The translations under genes were made by a program, and so were the position numbers. The notes beneath the pieces were generated by a model that worked only from the letters and a program-made list of their open reading frames with translations, was not told the origin of the DNA and ran no database searches. Of a DNA stretch of 64,000 nucleotides, positions 51,830 to 64,000 are shown piece by piece (the stretch's first letter is position 1; each line of letters starts with the position of its first letter). This DNA comes from Malacoraja senta. Lineage: Eukaryota. The stretch covers positions 4,156,001 through 4,220,000 of the forward strand of contig CM075992.1 in assembly GCA_038087875.1 (NCBI GenBank), read 5' to 3'.

Positions 51830-52071
51830 AGGGCCTGTCCCACTTTCACGACCTAATTCACGACTTTTTTTAACTCGTGGACATTTTTCTTCATGCTGGA
51901 AAAAAACGCCCCGTCCTACTTGATGCCACGAGTACTTACGACTAGCATCACGACCTACCTACGACCTACCTACGACCTTCCTACGACCTCGTGACGACCA
52001 TGCTGCGAGTATGAGTCAAGGGCAAACTCGGCAGAGGTCGTGAATTAGGTCGTGAAAGTGGGACAGGCCCT
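51830..52071. mobile_element. PIF/Harbinger-type MITE inserted in a SINE
   Basis: Perfect 35-bp TIR AGGGCCTGTCCCACTTTCACGACCTAATTCACGAC; flanks TAA/TAG; internal CGACCTACCTA tandem repeats. Confidence 0.9.
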
Positions 52072-53521
52072 TAGGGTGTTGTCTGTACGGTGTTTGCAAG
52101 TTCTCCCCGTGACCACGTGTACAGGTTTGGTAGATTGCTCGGCCATTGTAAAAAGTCAGTAGATTAAAAACACACAACATTGTGCAAAGTTAATTGGCTT
52201 CAGTAAAGATTGTAAGTTGTACGTATCGTGTAGGATAGTGCTAGTGTGTGGTCGGCACGGACTCGGTGGGCCGAAGGGCCTGTTTCCGCACTGTACTGTA
52301 TCTCTAAAACTAGCAGCTAGAAGCTTAAAAAAAAAAGAAAGCCCACATGCCCTGGACAGCCCAGGTGGTTGGTAGTTCAGAGTTCAGTTGGAGTTCATAG
52401 TGTTCATCGTGTTCAATAGCTCGATTGGGCGTGGTACTCAAGTGAGGCCCCATCCTCTCTGTATCAGAGCCTTGACGTTGATCAATGTGCTCAGATTCCT
52501 GGAGTGAACTGTCACGCAAACAAAGATGGGCGTAAAAGGATTCTGAGCAGTACTCGGAGTACTAGGGTGAGGTTCTGGAATTAACATGTCCTTCAAACCG
52601 TCTTGTAAAACTGCTCGGTATCACTGCTTGTGGTAACTTGCTGCCTGCTGTCGTTCTCACGTTGGACTTGTAAAACACTTCAGGACATTCTGAAATTATG
52701 AAAAACATTAGTCCTTCTTTGTATAGGTTAATTCCCAATACACAGTATCACACACCAAGCAAACAAAACCATCACTGTGCAAGAAATTCTACTTTGAGGA
52801 GGAAAGAAAGACTAAACTACACAAAACAAATAGAAATAGACCATTCTACCTATCAAGATGGTGCTGGCATTTATGTGGGACAGGCAGCATCTCTGGAAAG
52901 AAGCAATGGGTGACTTTTTGGGTCGAGACCCTTCTTCAGGCTTTGCTCTGTTCCTTTAACGTGCAAAATCTGCTTCAGGAAAGCAAAACCTCGTTGATCT
53001 CTGATGCTAAAACGCAGTCCAATTATCAACAGTAATCCCCAAGATTAAAAACAAAAGCATTTACTTTTTCCAAAAGAGCTCACGAACAGGCTTTTGTGAT
53101 TATCTGCTAAGGCTGGAAATGCTTATTGATATCATTGGGGGCAAAGAGTAAAAACATGAACTTGGAGGGTTTATTTGTGGTGATATTTTGGTCCAAGCAT
53201 CGGTCTCCAAATTCTTCAAATGTATTGACATCCGTTTTCTTTTGCTTGCTTTGATCAGCTTAAATGGCCAAGATAGGAAGGTCTTGACCCAAAACGTCAC
53301 CCATTCCTTCTCTCCAGAGATGCTGCCTGTTCCCGCTGAGTTACTCCAGCATTTTGTGTCTATCTTTGGTGTAAACCAGCATCTGCAGTTCCTTCATACA
53401 CACTGGCTATAGTATGCTGTAGGATTCTCAAACCCAGTGCTGGCCATTGAGAATACAGTACCTCAGTGCTGGAATGAGCAGAGGTGGCAACACATGTCTG
53501 TTTACCCAGTTTGCATTCATA

Positions 53522-53830
53522 CTGACTTACTTACTTACTGCATATTATGCCTCCTAGCATGTAGTGCAGCAACGAAGGTCCCCCACTCCTTGTTGATTCC
53601 TTCAGTTGCTGTTTCCGTAACATATGTGTTTTACGAGACAGGGTTGTTAGCCCTGTGCTCAACCTCCAACCTGGAGGACCAGTGGATCGCTCTTCGTCTC
53701 ACCTCTACCCTTCGACCTGTCCAGCATGGGAGACCCTAACAGGAGACGAATCTCCCGCTGGCATAGCTCTAGGGGGTCACTGAGACACACAAGTTCCCCG
53801 ACCACGACAAGGTTGCAATCCAACGGGGAG
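53522..53830 (-). mobile_element. RTE-derived short (bipartite-like) retroelement
   Basis: 14-bp TSD AGTTTGCATTCATA (53508-53521, 53831-53844); 5' end ACCTTGTCGTGGTCGGGGAACTTGTGTGTCTCAGTGA..GAGCTATGCC resembles RTE/BovB-type 5' UTR; (TAAG)n tail. Confidence 0.72.
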
Positions 53831-56800
53831 AGTTTGCATTCATAGGTTCCTTTAATTGATACGGTTCCTTCCAGTTAAAAGCTAGACTCACTCAACACCC
53901 AGTGAAACGCTGCCGATTAAATGTCAGCTACAAAAGGTGGCTAAACATATTCTCCACGTGTCAGTCTTCCCCCAGGTTAATCTCGATCAGCGATACTGAA
54001 TTTCATGTTATTTCCTATTGATGGTCTGATTTCTGCCTGCCTTCTAGGCTTGACCAGTTCTGTACACAATTTGTCAAACAGCAGCAGAGACCCGGGTTCA
54101 ATCCTGACCACAGGTGCTGTCTGTACGGAGTTTGTACGTTCTCCCCGTGACCTGGGTGGGTTTTCTCAGGATGCTCTCACACTCCAAAGACGTACAGGTT
54201 TGTAGGTTAATTGGCTTGGTAAAATTGTAAATTGTCCCTTGTGTGTGTGTAGGATAGTGTTAGTGTGCGGGGATCGTTGGTCGGCACGGTGGGCTGAAGG
54301 GCCTGTTTCCACACTGTACCTCCAAACTAAACTAAACTAAACTAGGGAAAGGACATGATTGGAGGTCCCATTGGCACCTTGGATGTTGTGGCAATCAGTT
54401 TAGTGGGGAGGGAGAATGATCGATGCCAATCAGGGAGTTATGATGGGCTGGGATTAGTTGGTGGGATCTTTGAGCATTGGGGCCACCAAGATTGTCCTTA
54501 TCTCCTGGAATCAGTTGCCTAATTGGGCTAGTCCTACCTACCTGTACCAGGCACATATAACCCCCCCCCCCCCCCCCAATCCTTTCCTATCCGTTCATGA
54601 AGAAGAAGTAGAATCATGGAGTCATAGCGTCATACAGCATGGAAACAGGCCCTTCAGCCCATTACAACCAAGATAGCCTATCTATGCTAGTCCCACCTGC
54701 CCCCATTTGATCCACATACCTCTAAACATTTCCTATCTATGTACTGTACCTATCCAAATGTATTTTCTATGTTGTTATAGTACTGCTCCCCTGGCAGTTC
54801 ATTCCATATTGAAGGCAGGAATGGGGTACTGATTGGGGATGATGAGCCATGATCACGTTGAATGGTGGTGCTGATTGGCATCGAAGGGCCAAATGGCCTA
54901 CTCCTGCATCTATTGTCTATTGTCTATAGTCAATTGTCATATACCCACCACCCGCCAAGTTAAAAAGAGCCTATTTCCATGTTCCATGATATGTTCATCG
55001 CAGTTTGATCAGTTCAAATTTTATTGTCTGCAATTTATTTTCCAACCAGTTATTATTTGCTTTTCCCTTGACTGCTATTTTGTAGGGGCGTTCTGTGCTC
55101 ATGAATCAATGGTGACAGCCAAGAGTGGTTAACCCATTGAATGGGAAGGGTTAGGGTTGTCCCATCTATCTGCAATGCAAACATTCGTGATCTGTTCTTT
55201 TCTTGTAAAACCTGCCTAATTAAACAAGGCCAACAGGCTCTCTTTGTTACCTGTGACAAGGAAGAATAGATCAACAAATGGACTGCAGTCCGATGGTAAA
55301 GTTACCGCTGAAACATGACGACTTCTGTTCAGTTTTGCACCGGCTCTTGAGATGTTTCATGAAAATTAAACCTTGCAAAGAAAATGGACATTTTGCTCAA
55401 ATAGTGTGATTTCCAAAGTGCAATTTCAACAGGGTGGCACAGTGGGGCAGCTGGCTAGCTACCATCCCCACAGCGCCAGAGACCAAGGTGCGGTCCTCAT
55501 CTCGGGTGCTGTCTGTGTGGAGTTTGCACATTCTCCCAGTTTCCTCCGGCTCCTGCGGTTTCCTCCCACGTCGCAAAGATGTGTGGGTTCGGAGGTAAAT
55601 TGCCTCTAGTGTGTAGGGAGTGGATGAGAAAGTAGGATAACTTAGAACTAGTGTGAGGAGATGATCAATGGTCAGCGTGGACTTGGTGGGACAAAGAGCC
55701 CGTTTCCATGCTCCATGTTGTGTCCAGTGCAAAACAAAGTGATTAAATATCTAGACCATAGATTGAAGTAACTATATGCTAATGGCCCAGTGCATCTGGT
55801 GAGAACCTATAATTCACGCTTTTATTGCTAACTTAAGTGGTCTTTTCAGACCTCTCCCTCATCCAAAACTCCATGGCCAACTACAATTCATGCTGCAGTC
55901 CGAAGAAGGGACCCGACCCAAAACATCACCTATCCTGTTCTCCAGAGATGCTGCCTTACCCGATGGAACAGTTTCTTCCCAGCTGTTATCAGGCAACTGA
56001 ACCATCCGAAGACCAACCAGAGAGCTGTCCTAACCTACCATTTACCTCATCGGAGTATCTTTAATCAGACTTTAGTGGTTTTTATCTTGCACTAAACAAT
56101 ATTTAGTGTATGTGTACACCGTGGATGGCCTGATTGTTATCATGTAGAGTATTTCCGCTGACTGGACAAAAAAGCTTTTCATTGTGCTTCGGATCACCCG
56201 GAAAACACCCACGCAGTCACAGGGAGAACGTACAAACTCCACACAGACAGCACCCGTAGTCAGGAACAAACCTGGGTCTGTGCCGCTGTAAGTCAGCAGC
56301 TCTACCACTGTGCCAACCAATGCGTCACCCTTTTTCGCTGGGACTGTGAGCCAGTAGCTCCGCCAACTGTGTCACTGTGCAGATTTGTTCAGCAACATAA
56401 TTTTTTCTTTGTATTCTCTTACAGAATTTGCGTGCAACTTATATACAAATTATGTTTTCAATTCACCTGCATTTATGATAATAAATTCAACTTGACTTGA
56501 TGCTGCTTGCAAAATATTAGATACGGGTGCCCGAGATATAATAGCTGTTGAAGCAGTGCTTTGTGCACAAGTTACATGTAGACTTATCTAATTGACCCTA
56601 TCTTAGTTTGGAGCCAGCCATAATGATTTCTCTTTCAGTAGCAGTGTCCTTAACGACACAACAACAATACCTCGAAATGTCGAACGCTCAGCAAAACAGT
56701 TAAAGTGCAACGTTAACAAGTTTGGACAATAAAAAACACAAAGCTTAGAATGAATCACTGGATACCTTTCAATAGAAATCTATTCACTCAAAGTTGTGAT

Positions 56801-57096
56801 CTGTAATTACTCAAGGTGTTTATGTTATTAGTCAGAGTCATACAGCATGGAAACAGGCCCTTCAGCCTGACTTACCTATGCTGGCCAAGATGCCCCATCC
56901 ACACTAGTCCCCCCCTGCCCACATTTGGCCCATATCCCGTTAAACCTTTCCTATCCATGTACCTGTCCAAATGCTTTTTGAATGTCATAGTTTCTGCCTC
57001 AACTACCTCCTCTGGCAGCTCGTTCCATACACCCACCATGGTCCGTGTAGAAAATCTTCCTATTAAATCTTTACCCTTAAACATATGTCCTCCAGG

Positions 57097-57403
57097 CTAA
57101 TCCGTGACTGCGGATGGTCAAGATAATAAATGATCTCCTTCTATTTTCTTTTCTTCTCATCTTTTCTTTTATTCTCTCTTTTCTATTTTCTATGTCTCAA
57201 CTTTCTTATTTCATTCTTTATTTTTCTTTTTCACACACTATATATCTCACATTTTTCTATTTTTCATTATCTAACTTTTTTCTTTTTCTTCTTTATTTCA
57301 AAAAATTTAAAAAATAAGAAGCTGTACATGAAAGGTATTATGAAAATATGATTGTATACAATTGTACTTACTTCTAATAAAATAAAAATAAAAAATAAAA
57401 TAA
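57097..57403 (+). mobile_element. 5'-truncated L1/Tx1-type retroinsertion (T-rich 3' UTR, AATAAA, A-rich tail) inside a CR1 fragment
   Basis: 18-bp TSD AAACATATGTCCTCCAGG (57079-57096, 57404-57421); TT|AAA site. Confidence 0.75.
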
Positions 57404-59219
57404 AAACATATGTCCTCCAGGACTCGATTCCCAATCCTAGTTAAAAGACTGTGCATTCCCCCTCGTGATTTTGTACATGTCGATAGGATTTCCCTCATCC
57501 TCCTGCGCACCAAGGAATAAAGTCCTAGTCTGCCCAGCATCTCCCTGTAGCTTACCACTCAAGTCCTGGCAACATCCTTGTAAATCTTCTCTGCGCTCTT
57601 ATCGGCTGAACAACATTCTTCCTATGAAGCATAGTTCTATGCTTCACTCAGGCATCCCTCCAGTCATGCTGGTGACTTTTTATCCTTATGCAGTGTAGCA
57701 GTGTACCTCAAAGCTCAATACAACATAGAACTGTACAGCACAGGAATGATGAAACACGGTGGCGCAGCGGTAGAGTTGCTGCCTCACAGCGCCAGAGACC
57801 CGGGTTCGATCCAGACTATGGGTGCTGTCTGTACTGAGTTTGTACGGTCCTCCCCGTGACCTGCGTGGGTTTTCTCCGGTAGCTCCAGATCCACATCCAT
57901 AGAGTGTAAATGTTCTTCTCATCGCATTCCCATTAACTCCCTCCAGAATCTTCAAATTAACTACAAACTAAAGGCATATAACAGTGTAGATACAAGGGCA
58001 GCAGAGCGGTAGAGTTGCTGCTTTACAGCAAATGCCACGCCAGAGACCCGGGTTCGATCCTGACTACGGGAGCTGTCTGTACGGAGTTGCTACGTTCTCC
58101 CCGTGACCTGCGTGAGTTTATCCGAGATCTTCGGTTTCCTCCCACACTTCAAAGACGTACAGGTTTGTAGGTTAAGTGGCTTGGTATAAGTGTAACATCC
58201 TTTGTCTGTGTAGAATAGTGTTAATGTGCACATCTCTGGTCGGTGTGGACTCGGTGGGCCGAAGGCCCTGTTTTCACGCCGTATCTCTAAAATAAACTAA
58301 AGGAATGTTCACTGTACCTTGGTACATGTGACAATAAACTAAACTCAAACTATCTACCCTTCAACAAGAAAACTTTTCCCTGTGACTTTAGCCAGCAAAA
58401 CCTGTTATATACTTTTCCCTTAGTCCTACACACGATTCTAGATAGACAATGGACAATAGACAATAGGTGCAGGAGCAGGCCATTTGGCCCTTCGAGCCAG
58501 CACCGCCATTCGATGTGATCATGGCTGATCATCCCCAATCAGTACCCCGTTCCTGCCTTCTCCCCATATCCCCGCTATCTTTAAGAGCCCTATCTAGCTC
58601 TCTCTTGAAAGCACCCAGAGAACCAGCCTCCACTGAGGCAAAGAATTCCACAGATCTGCTATCCTAGATCTTCATGGTTGATTCTCAACGGCCTAACAAC
58701 TCGAGTACTTGCAGGGATGGGTAACAACATTCATACCCCATGAACAACTGAAGTAAAATAAGATTCATCAGAAGGAATATCACCATCTATACATCATTAG
58801 CTTTAGTAGAAGTGCCTGTGGTGTTTCAAGTGAAGACAGTGTTGTATTGGAAAGCCTCCATACATTTGGCATGTGGTCATGAAAGCTTCAAAATGATGAG
58901 CGTGTTTTTTAAACAGTGCCTTAAATTATCTCACATACTCCTTCGTCAGATTTATTCAAAAGAAGGCTCCTGATCAGCTTTCACACCCAAGAGACAATAA
59001 ATCCTTGCTTCATAAATCCATAGTTACATCAAAGGAGGGTAAATTAGGAGTCCTGGGGGATCTGAGAGGTTGGAACTGTTCTGTAGATGAGAGAGGTGAG
59101 TATTTGGATATTAACAACTGAGATGAAGAATGTTTGTTCTATTCTTTAAAATTCTCTCCAATGGAGGGGACTACATGCTTTCACCGTAAAACTATGCCCA
59201 CTAGTGTTTTTTTTTCGTG

Positions 59220-59522
59220 TTTAGAGATACAGCGCGGAAACAGGCCCTTCAGCTCACCGAGTCCGCACCAACCAGCGATCCCCGCACTTTAACACTTTCC
59301 GACACACACACTAGGGACAATTCACTTTTCTACCAAGCCAATTAACCTACAAACCTGTACGTCTTTGGAGTGTGGGAGGAAACCGAAGATCCCGGAGAAA
59401 ACCCACGCAGGTCACGGGGAGAACGTAAAACTCCGTACAGACCACACCCGTAATCAGGATCGAACCTGGGTCTCTGGCGCTGTAAGCGCTGTAAGGCAGC
59501 AAATCTCTCGCTGCACCACCGT
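59220..59522 (-). mobile_element. tRNA-derived V-type SINE, full length
   Basis: Reverse complement has A box, B box GGTTCGATCC, central domain and CR1-like tail. Confidence 0.82.
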
Positions 59523-60174
59523 ACAGCCTTTATAGTCCTTAATATCTCCACCCTGGGGAAAAAGGTTCTGACTCTCAGCCTATATTTTGTTTTGCACTAC
59601 ATGAGCTTATTTTTTGTAATTGAAATTTTTTTGTTAATTATATTTTCTATTGAGCATTGGGCTCACAAACCTGTTATGCTGCTGCAAGTAAGAATTCATT
59701 TTAGTACATATGACAAATAAACTCTCTTGATTCTCTCTATAAGACCATAGACAAAGGCGTGGAATTACGCCATTCGGCCCATCGAGTCTACTCCACCATT
59801 CAATCATGGCTGATCTATTTTTTCCCTCAACCCCATTCTCCTGCCTTCTCCCCGTAACCTTTGAAGCCCGTACTAATCAATAACCTATCCATCCCTGCTT
59901 TAAAAATACCCAAAGACTTGGCCTCCACAGCCGTCTGTGGAAATTCCACAGATTCACTACCCTCTGGCTAAAGAAATTCCTCCTCCTCCATTCTAATGCT
60001 ACATCCTTTTATTTTGAGGCTGTGCCCTCTAGTTCCAGACTCTCCCATTATTGGAAACATCCTCTCCACATCCTTCTAAACTTCAGCGAGTACAGGTCCA
60101 TAGCTCCTCATATGTTGACCCAATCATCCCTGGGATCATTCTCGTACACCGCCTCTCTTGACCCTACCTATGCC

Positions 60175-60458
60175 TCACCTAATTTAGAAACTTCTATCAG
60201 GTCACCCCTCAATCTCTGACATTTCAGAGAAGACAAACCAAGTTTGTCCAAACTCTCCTTGTAGCTAATGCCTTCTACTCCAGGCACCATTTGGATAAAC
60301 CTTTTCTGTACCCTCTCCAAAGCTTCCACATGCTTCCTATAATGGGATGACCAGAACTGCGTGAAATACTCCAAATACAGCCAAACCAAAGTGTTACAAA
60401 GTTGCATCATGCCTTCCTGACCTAGACACTTAATGCCCCGACCAATAAAGGCAAGTAA
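60175..60458 (-). mobile_element. Old CR1 fragment
   Basis: LEYFTQFWSSHYRKHVEALERVQKRFIQMVPG..SYKESLDKLGL..L..RLRGDLIEV. Confidence 0.85.
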
Positions 60459-61402
60459 TTTGGGTGGCACTGTGGTGCAGGGATAGGGTTGCTGCCTTAC
60501 AGCGCTAGAGACCCAGGTTCAATCCTGACTACGGGTGCTTGTCTGTACAGAGTTTGTACGTTCTTCCCGTGACCTGCGTTGGTTTGCTCCGAGATCTCTG
60601 GTTTCTTCCCAACACTCCAAAGACGTTACAGATTTATATGTTAATTGGCTTGGTATAATTGTAAATTGTCCCAAGTGTGTGTAGGATAGCGTAAGTGTGC
60701 GGGGATCACTGGTCGGCCTGGACTTTGTGGGCTGAAGGGCCTGTTTCCCTGCTGTATCTCAAAACTAGACCTACCATACTCCTTCTTTACCATTCCATCT
60801 ACTGGTGTTGCTATTCCTTAGGTTGAGAAAGGCTGAAAGCAGAAAGGTTACAAAACGTAACTTCACCCATCCCTTCTCTCCAGAGATGCTGCCTGTCCCG
60901 CTGAGTTACTCCAGCATTTTGTGTCTATCTTTGGTGTAAGCCAGCATCTGCAGTTTCCTCCTAGACAAAATATCAAGACACTGACAAACCTTAGGGATTC
61001 ATATTAGACCTTTTCTGTTGCCAAGATGTGAGAAAGACAAACATCCGATTTAATAACGCTTCTCGTGTAAAGTGGTTGTTGAAAGTGTTGCACAAACACA
61101 GGAATGTAACCACAGGCATTGTTTATTTCCTCGCCATCTACTTTTTAACCTGATAGCAAATGAAGATGCCTCTAGCTCCATGTTCAACTTGTACAAAAAT
61201 AACCTGCTTTCTGTTATAATCTACAGATATAAATCTGTGGAGTTTGGCATACTAGGATTGGCAAGATTTGCTTCTATTTTTGTTCGCTGCAGAGATTCCC
61301 CCAACTCGTGCGGCATGACAATGCAGGGCGATAGTTGCCACAAAAAAAACAAAAGCAACATGTTTGCTGGAGTTCAGTGAGATTATTTAGTTTAGTTTAG
61401 AG

Positions 61403-61873
61403 ATACATAGATACATAGATACATAGAAAATAGGTGCAGGAGTAGGCCATTCGGCCCTTCGAGCCTGCACCGCCATTCAATATGATCATGGCTGATCATC
61501 CAACTCAGTATCCCGTACCTGCCTTCTCTCCATACCCCCTGATCCCCTTAGCCACAAGGGCCACATCTAACTCCCTCTTAAATATAGCCAATGAACTGGC
61601 CTCAACTACCCTCTGTGGCAGAGAGTTCCAGAGATTCACCACTCTCTGTGTGAAAAAGTTTTTCCTCATCTCGGTCTTAAAGGATTTCCCCCTTATCCTT
61701 AAGCTGTGACCCCTTGTCCTGGACTTCCCCAACATCGGGAACAATCTTCCTGCGTCTAGCCTGTCCAACCCCATAAGAATTTTGTACGTTTCTATAAGAT
61801 CCCCTCTCAATCTCCTAAATTCTAGCAAGTATAAGCCAAGTCTATCCAGTCTTTCTTCATATCAAAGTCCTGA
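61403..61873 (-). mobile_element. Young CR1 LINE 3' fragment nested in a SINE tail
   Basis: LEFRRLRGDLIETYKILMGLDRLDAGRLFPMLGKSRTRGHSL...EKAGTGY; the SINE resumes at ~61875. Confidence 0.93.
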
Positions 61874-62756
61874 CTGCACGGAAACAGCCCCTTCAGCCCA
61901 CCGAGTCCGCGCCGACCAGCGATCCCCGCACATCAACACCATCCTACACACACTGGGGACAATTTTACAATTTTCACACCAAGCCAATTAACCCTAAAAC
62001 CTGCACGTCTTTGGAGTGTGGGGGGAAACCGAAGATCTCGGAGAAAACCCCACGCCGTCATGGGGAGAACGTACAAACTCTGTGCAGACAGCACCCGTGG
62101 TCGGGATCGAACCCGGGTCTCTGGCGCTGTAAGCGTTGTAAGGCAGCAACTCTACCGCTGCGTCACCATGCTGCCACCCTTCGAAGAGTTACGAAAAATC
62201 AAAATTCAAAATAATACTAATATATTTGGCATATTCACTCTGCTGCATCACTAGAATTCATTCACAATTCAGACTCACTAGCATGGATAGGGTAGACAGT
62301 CAGAACATTTTTCCCGGGACGGAAAAAAATTAAATACTAGAGTACATATCTTTAAGGTGAGAGGGGCAAAGTTTAAAGGAGATTTAAGAACCAACCTTTT
62401 TTTTAAGGAACACAAAGGGTGGCGAGTGCCTGGAACATGCTGCCGGGGTCAGTGTTGGACTTTTGGATAGGCACATGGTTATGGAGGGGATGGAGGGATA
62501 TGGATTATGTGTAGGTAGATAAGAGATGGTTGGCATCATGTTCAGTACAAATATTGTGGGCCGAAGGGACTGTTTTTATACTGTACTGTTCCAAGTACCA
62601 GTGTCTAATTGGAGGCTTTCTTTGAAAAGAAGGGGCCTTGTCATGGTAACATTTACACCTTTCATTTCTTCTCCAATCAGTGAAAGTCCTGCAAAATGGT
62701 GGCACTGTTCTGAAGTAGCAAATATGATATGTAAAACAGCACGATACATGCAGCCA

Positions 62757-62892
62757 TGTGTTTAAGAAGGAACTGCAGATGCTGGAAAATCGAAGGTAGA
62801 CAAAAATGCTGGAGAAGCTCAGCGGGCGAGGCAGCATCTATGGAGCGAAGGAAATAGGCAACGTTTCGGGTCGAAGCCCTTCTTCAGACTCA
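62757..62892 (-). mobile_element. Solo Penelope-derived terminal repeat with hammerhead motif and 13-bp TSD
   Basis: ATACATGCAGCCA at 62744-62756 and 62893-62905; motif CTGAAGAAGGGCTTCGACCCGAAACGTT at 62860-62887(-). Confidence 0.82.
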
Positions 62893-63178
62893 ATACATGC
62901 AGCCAAGTAGTTGTTAGTGACATTGATAGGGGGGGTAAATTTCAGCCTTATCGGCAAATGGTGCCAAGGCCACTTTTGCATCCTTGAGAGTGCAGAGTGA
63001 AGAATAGTTTAATCACCTCAATGTTGAACGCAATACATCTGACAATGCGGCACTTATGGAGTCCATATGCAGAAAGGAACTGCAGATGCTGGTTGAAACC
63101 GAAGATAGACACACAATGCTGGAGTAACTCAATGGGACAGGCAGCCTCTCTGGAGAGAAGGGATGGGTTGAGGCGTAT

Positions 63179-63206
63179 CTGAAGAAGGGTCTCGACCCGA
63201 AACGTC
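63179..63206 (+). ncRNA. Minimal hammerhead ribozyme motif (Penelope-type)
   Basis: CTGAAGAAGGGTCTCGACCCGAAACGTC within an inverted terminal-repeat pair (~63073-63260). Confidence 0.7.
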
Positions 63207-64000
63207 ACCCATTCCTTCTCTCCAGACATGCTGCCTGTGTTATTCAGGCATTTTGTATCTACCTATGGAGTCCAGCTCTGTACAATCAGTCTAAATGTTT
63301 GCGCTTATTGTTGGAATGTAAAAAACCTTTGTGTGAACTCCCCACTGAGCTAAATTTCGCACCTCAAGCATTGTGCAATATTCGTTTTAGCGTTGGATCT
63401 GACGAACCAAACAATTTATCTCCTGGTGGCACAAGGAAGATGAAGCTGGCATAGAGAGGAGCGGCTAATCTTTTGGAAATAGTTGAACATTTGGGCGGCA
63501 GCGGTAGAGTTGCTGCCTCACAGCGCCATAGACCCGGGTTCGATCCCGACTACGGGTGCAGTCTGTACGGAGTTCGTTCCTTCTCCCCGTGACCTGCCTG
63601 TGTTTTCTCTGAGATTTTCAGTTTCCTCCCACACTCCGAAGACGTACAGGGTTGTAGGTAAATTGGCGTGGTATAAAAGTTAATTGCCCTTAATGTGTGT
63701 AGGATAGTGTTAATGTGTGGCGATTGCTGGTCAGTGCAGACTCGGTGGGGCCGAATGGCCTGTTTCCGCGCTGTTTCTGGAGACTAAACTCAACCCATAA
63801 TATCACACAGCAGCGTTTCACTGATTTATTCTATTACTGAACAATTCATAAGGATAAAGTTCTATCTCAACGGCATACAGCTGAGGGTTTGTGATCCAAT
63901 CTAAAGTGTTGTGGTGAGGAAGCTTGATTGCCTGATGCACATTGGCAGACAAAAAACATATGGTCTTTTAAAAGTACTTCAAGGAAGCCATTTTAAGTGG

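Noticed and set aside
52325..52519. Possible host exon in unique sequence (64-aa ORF, minus strand)
   Set aside because: No recognisable homology or convincing splice context by eye; needs RNA-seq or BLASTX

Overview
This is a 64-kb, repeat-saturated, apparently intronic or intergenic eukaryotic window. I found no host protein-coding gene, and there is a 200-N assembly gap at 23570-23769. The repeat set (tRNA-derived V-type SINEs sharing a 3' tail with CR1, plus CR1, L2, Rex1/Babar, Tx1/L1, RTE and Penelope-like fragments) points to a vertebrate, most likely a cartilaginous fish such as a skate or ray (inference). The long ORFs in the track are either decayed retroelement pieces or artefacts of simple repeats. 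Most notable: (1) a short Penelope-derived repeat, dispersed through the window, carries a minimal hammerhead-ribozyme motif (CTGAAGA-A-stem II-GAAAC-GTC/T), and several copies have their own 10-15 bp target-site duplications; (2) ten PIF/Harbinger-type MITEs share one 15-bp TIR and, in eight of them, an internal palindrome, and three are inserted at the same TTA of the Penelope repeat; (3) a 2.5-kb 20/21-bp satellite has expanded inside one of these MITEs; (4) two local tandem duplications, one of which preserves an empty insertion site; (5) several short template-switch inversions. All coordinates were read by eye, and family names are by motif recognition, not database search.
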